DNA from: Elusimicrobiota bacterium
GTDB lineage: Bacteria; Elusimicrobiota; Elusimicrobia; UBA1565
DNA length: 10,123 nt
NCBI GenBank assembly: GCA_043819795.1
Contig: JBDREN010000055.1
Span: forward strand, 1 to 10,123
Reading direction: 5' to 3'
Shown: one piece after another, positions 7,642-10,123 of the stretch
Layout of the letters: each line of letters opens with the position of its first letter
Position numbering within the stretch: position 1 is the first letter of the stretch
The notes under the pieces: model-generated
Databases searched by the model: none
What the model saw: the letters and a program-made list of their open reading frames with translations, nothing else
What the model was told of the DNA's origin: nothing
Made by a program: the position numbers and the translations under genes

Positions 7642-7745
7642 ATTAATCCATAAGGCCCATCCGGCATGGGCACAATGGAGCACCGGCTCCATGCCCGGAA
7701 GGCCCTGGGGCGCGACGAAGCTTCCGGGCATTCTCTATGTAGAAG

Positions 7746-9614
7746 ATGGGAATATTCCGAGCTCACATAGCGCTCCTGCTTTCCGCTTGCCTGGCGGCCG
7801 GCTCCTGCCCGCCCGCGACGGCGCAGGTGATTTCCGCGGCGTCCGCCGCGCGCGCGACCGTTGTTCCGACATCCCTCCCGGGGAGCCTGGCCTTGAGCCC
7901 GGCGGCCGCGACCGCCGCGCCGAGCCCGCGAAACTCTTTCCCTTCCCTGGGCTCGTCTCTCCCGCTGATCCCGTCCGCAAGTCCCGCCATGGGCGCTCTC
8001 TCCGGCCCTCACGCGCTGCCGTCTCCAGCCGGCATTGCCGCGTTCAAGCCTCAGGCCATGCCCGCGGCCGCGATATCCTTGCCCGCGACCCGAACGGCAG
8101 CACCCCGAAAGCGGGCGGAGTCCCTAAAGCCGGAGCGAACGGGCACAAGCCCTGCCGCGAGAAAGGACGTTCCGATCTCCGCCGCTCTTACCCGCCTGGC
8201 GGCGGCGGCGAAGATAGACTCCGCGCCTGCCGGCCGCACGGCATCCGCGCTGGAAAGCTTTTACTCCGGCGGCACGGCTCGGCCCGGGACAGCTGTTCCC
8301 GCCGCATCCGCCGGCAAGGCGCTCCGCCGGACCGAGGCGCTCCGTCCTGCCGGTCTTATCCGAAGCGACAAGGCTCTGCTCGACGACATTCAACGGCGGG
8401 CATTCCTGTTCTTCTGGGAGAACACCGATCCCAAGACCGGGCTGACCCGGGATCGCGCCGCGAACTTCGAGGAAAAAGAAACGCGGGATATCGCGTCCAT
8501 CGCGGCCACGGGCTTCGGCCTCATGGCCCTGGGCGTCGCCCGGTCCCGAGGCTGGATCACGTATGAGCAGGCCTATGAGCGGACTCTGATCACGCTCAAA
8601 GGCTATCTCGGCCGGAAAAACACGGAGCATGGCTGGTCCTACCACTTCATGCATCTTCACACCGGGGAGCGGGTCGGGACATCGGAGGTCTCATCCATCG
8701 ACACCGCGCTGTTCCTTGTCGGCGCCGTATTTGCCGGCCGTTATTTCAAGGGGACCGAGGTGGAAAGGCTGGCTGAGAAGATCTACCGCCGAGTGGACTT
8801 CCCCTGGATGATGACCGACGGCGGCAAAACACCCGAAAAAAGAACGCTGTCCATGGGCTGGATGCCGGAGGGCGGCTTTCTCAAGGACCGCTGGCATGAG
8901 TACAGCGAGCACATGATCCTTTCACTGCTCGCGATGGGCTCCCCCACGCTTCCCCTCCCCCCGGAGATTTGGCATGCCTGGACTCGGCGCCGCGGCTCTT
9001 ATGCCGGCGATGAAAGCATCGCTTCCGGGCCTCTGTTCACGCACCAATACTCCCACATGGCCGTGGACTTCCGCGGAAGACGCGACCGCTACGCCGACTA
9101 CTTCGAGAATTCCAAGGCCGCCACCCTGGCCAACCGCCGATTCGCCATCGACCAGAGGAAGCGGTACCGCACCTATGGCCCGGACTCATGGGGCCTCACC
9201 GCGTCCGACGGACCGGACGGCTACCGCGCCTACGGCGCGCCCCCGGGCCGCGCGGAGCATGACGGCACCGTGGCCCCCACGGCCGCCGGCGGATCCATCG
9301 TCTTCACGCCGGAGCTTTCCATCCGGGCACTGCGCCACTTCATGCGCAAGTATGGAGACCGCATCTGGGGCCGCTACGGCTTTTCGGACGCCTTCAATAC
9401 CGACCCCCGCTGGAAGGACCGCTTCAACGCCCCCGGCATGTGGCGCTCGCCGGATGTGATCGGCATCGATCAGGGCATCATGCTTTTGATGATCGAGAAC
9501 CTGCGCACCGGCCTGATCTGGAAGACCATCATGAGTTCACCCCATATCCGCAGAGGCATGCGGGCGGCCGGCCTCCGCCGGACCGCCAAGCGCTCTTCCC
9601 CTCGCCGGCATTGA
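7746..9614 (+). CDS. Secreted glucoamylase-family (Glycoamylase/GH144-like, putative beta-1,2-glucanase) glycoside hydrolase with long Ala/Pro/Ser-rich N-terminal linker
   Basis: Family-typical motifs AFLFFWE…TGLTRDR, ASIAATGFGL, EVSSIDTALF, PLFTHQYSH, WGLTASDGP, DGTVAPTAA, WGRYGFSDAFN, IGIDQG…MIEN. Hydrophobic N-terminus. Substrate is inferred from family membership only, and the RBS is weak. Confidence 0.85.
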   Translation: MGIFRAHIALLLSACLAAGSCPPATAQVISAASAARATVVPTSLPGSLALSPAAATAAPSPRNSFPSLGSSLPLIPSASPAMGALSGPHALPSPAGIAAFKPQAMPAAAISLPATRTAAPRKRAESLKPERTGTSPAARKDVPISAALTRLAAAAKIDSAPAGRTASALESFYSGGTARPGTAVPAASAGKALRRTEALRPAGLIRSDKALLDDIQRRAFLFFWENTDPKTGLTRDRAANFEEKETRDIASIAATGFGLMALGVARSRGWITYEQAYERTLITLKGYLGRKNTEHGWSYHFMHLHTGERVGTSEVSSIDTALFLVGAVFAGRYFKGTEVERLAEKIYRRVDFPWMMTDGGKTPEKRTLSMGWMPEGGFLKDRWHEYSEHMILSLLAMGSPTLPLPPEIWHAWTRRRGSYAGDESIASGPLFTHQYSHMAVDFRGRRDRYADYFENSKAATLANRRFAIDQRKRYRTYGPDSWGLTASDGPDGYRAYGAPPGRAEHDGTVAPTAAGGSIVFTPELSIRALRHFMRKYGDRIWGRYGFSDAFNTDPRWKDRFNAPGMWRSPDVIGIDQGIMLLMIENLRTGLIWKTIMSSPHIRRGMRAAGLRRTAKRSSPRRH

Positions 9615-9635
9615 CTGTCTAGGGCGCCACTTTCC

Positions 9636-9745
9636 CGGTGTCAGGCTTCAACGTATGCAACTTATGCAACTTTCAAAAACCGTTCACACAAGTCTCCATC
9701 TCAAACATAAGTTCCAAAAGTTGCATAAGTTGAAGCCTGACACCG
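9636..9745. repeat. Palindrome B: 110-bp MITE/REPIN-like element with 28-bp terminal inverted repeats
   Basis: CGGTGTCAGGCTTCAACgTATGCAACTT (9636-9663) / AAGTTGCATAaGTTGAAGCCTGACACCG (9718-9745), 27/28 match. AT-rich interior. Confidence 0.85.
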
Positions 9746-9749
9746 TCAC

Positions 9750-9838
9750 CATCGAGTTCGCCATGAATTCGATCGCGGGCCTATAGCCGCGGAAGACGCG
9801 GCCGCAATAAAACGCCCGGACACGCACGTGTCCGGGCG
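9750..9838 (+). repeat. 89-bp direct repeat, copy 2 (orphan gene 3' end IEFAMNSIAGL* plus hairpin)
   Basis: Matches 7471-7559 at 81/89 positions. Begins 4 bp after palindrome B and is not attached to a gene body. Confidence 0.9.
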
Positions 9839-9842
9839 TTTT
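9809..9842. terminator. Bidirectional-type terminator hairpin
   Basis: AAAACGCCCGGACACG-CA-CGTGTCCGGGCGTTTT. Confidence 0.65.
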
Positions 9843-9880
9843 CGCGCACTCGTAATCGTGTTTGGCACAACAGGCGGATT

Positions 9881-9923
9881 GCTCCCGCAGCTCGACTGGT
9901 AGAGCACGCGCCTTTTATGCGGC
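9881..9923 (+). pseudogene. Possible decayed 5' half of a tRNA (anticodon position reads TTT, Lys-like)
   Basis: GCTCCCG-CA-GCTC-GACTGGTA-GAGC-A-CGCGC-CTTTTAT-GCG has D-arm and anticodon-arm spacing. No T-arm or 3' acceptor strand follows. Confidence 0.4.
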
Positions 9924-10123
9924 CCCCCCTCAGAGCCTCCCGGCTCCGTTCTGTTCCGTCCCAGATACTTGGACCCCCTTTTAGCACCGATTTTCGCGGA
10001 GCCCCAACCGTCACGCCGATATAACACCCGGCACTGCAATAGCGTAAGGTGATCCCCGACGGGCCGCGGGCGCGTTTGCCCAGCATCCTCCCCCGGCAAC
10101 GCATCAGGTGGCATGACGCTTCC

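Noticed and set aside
9636..9745. Integron attC site
   Set aside because: CTTCAAC/GTTGAAG only approximates RYYYAAC/GTTRRRY. The inverted repeat extends 10 bp outside those boxes, lacks the typical extrahelical bases, and no integrase or cassette array is seen.
7471..9838. Diversity-generating retroelement VR/TR pair
   Set aside because: Only 4 of 8 mismatches are at adenines of copy 2, most of the repeat is non-coding, and no reverse transcriptase is present.
9863..9882. Sigma54 promoter (TGGCAC…TTGC)
   Set aside because: Spacing is 10 nt rather than the required 5.
9746..10114. Minus-strand ORFs 9746..10114 and 9781..10104, and + ORF 112..294
   Set aside because: No motifs or coding-like composition, and they cross hairpins and repeats.

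Overview
High-GC bacterial window with four protein-coding genes. Three encode related secreted, Asp-rich modular proteins: two tandem minus-strand paralogues (358-2319, 2575-4278; LamG-like + thrombospondin type-3 repeats) and a divergent plus-strand gene (4799-7507; 7-repeat propeller-like head, TSP3 repeats, helical C-terminal domain). All three share an unrecognised 4-Cys domain inserted in an Ig/cadherin-like module. Each is preceded by a copy of the same ungapped 79-bp upstream element (GCTGACAA-N63-TTGTCAGC with 11-bp-phased TGTC repeats). The fourth gene (7746-9614) is a glucoamylase-family/GH144-like glycoside hydrolase. It lies between two long palindromes ending in CTGACACC, and this block is bracketed by an 89-bp direct repeat of the third gene's 3' end plus terminator, which looks like an inserted cassette. 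A decayed tRNA-like 5' half lies near the right end. No recombinase, transposase or regulator is encoded in the window. All alignments and counts were done by eye.
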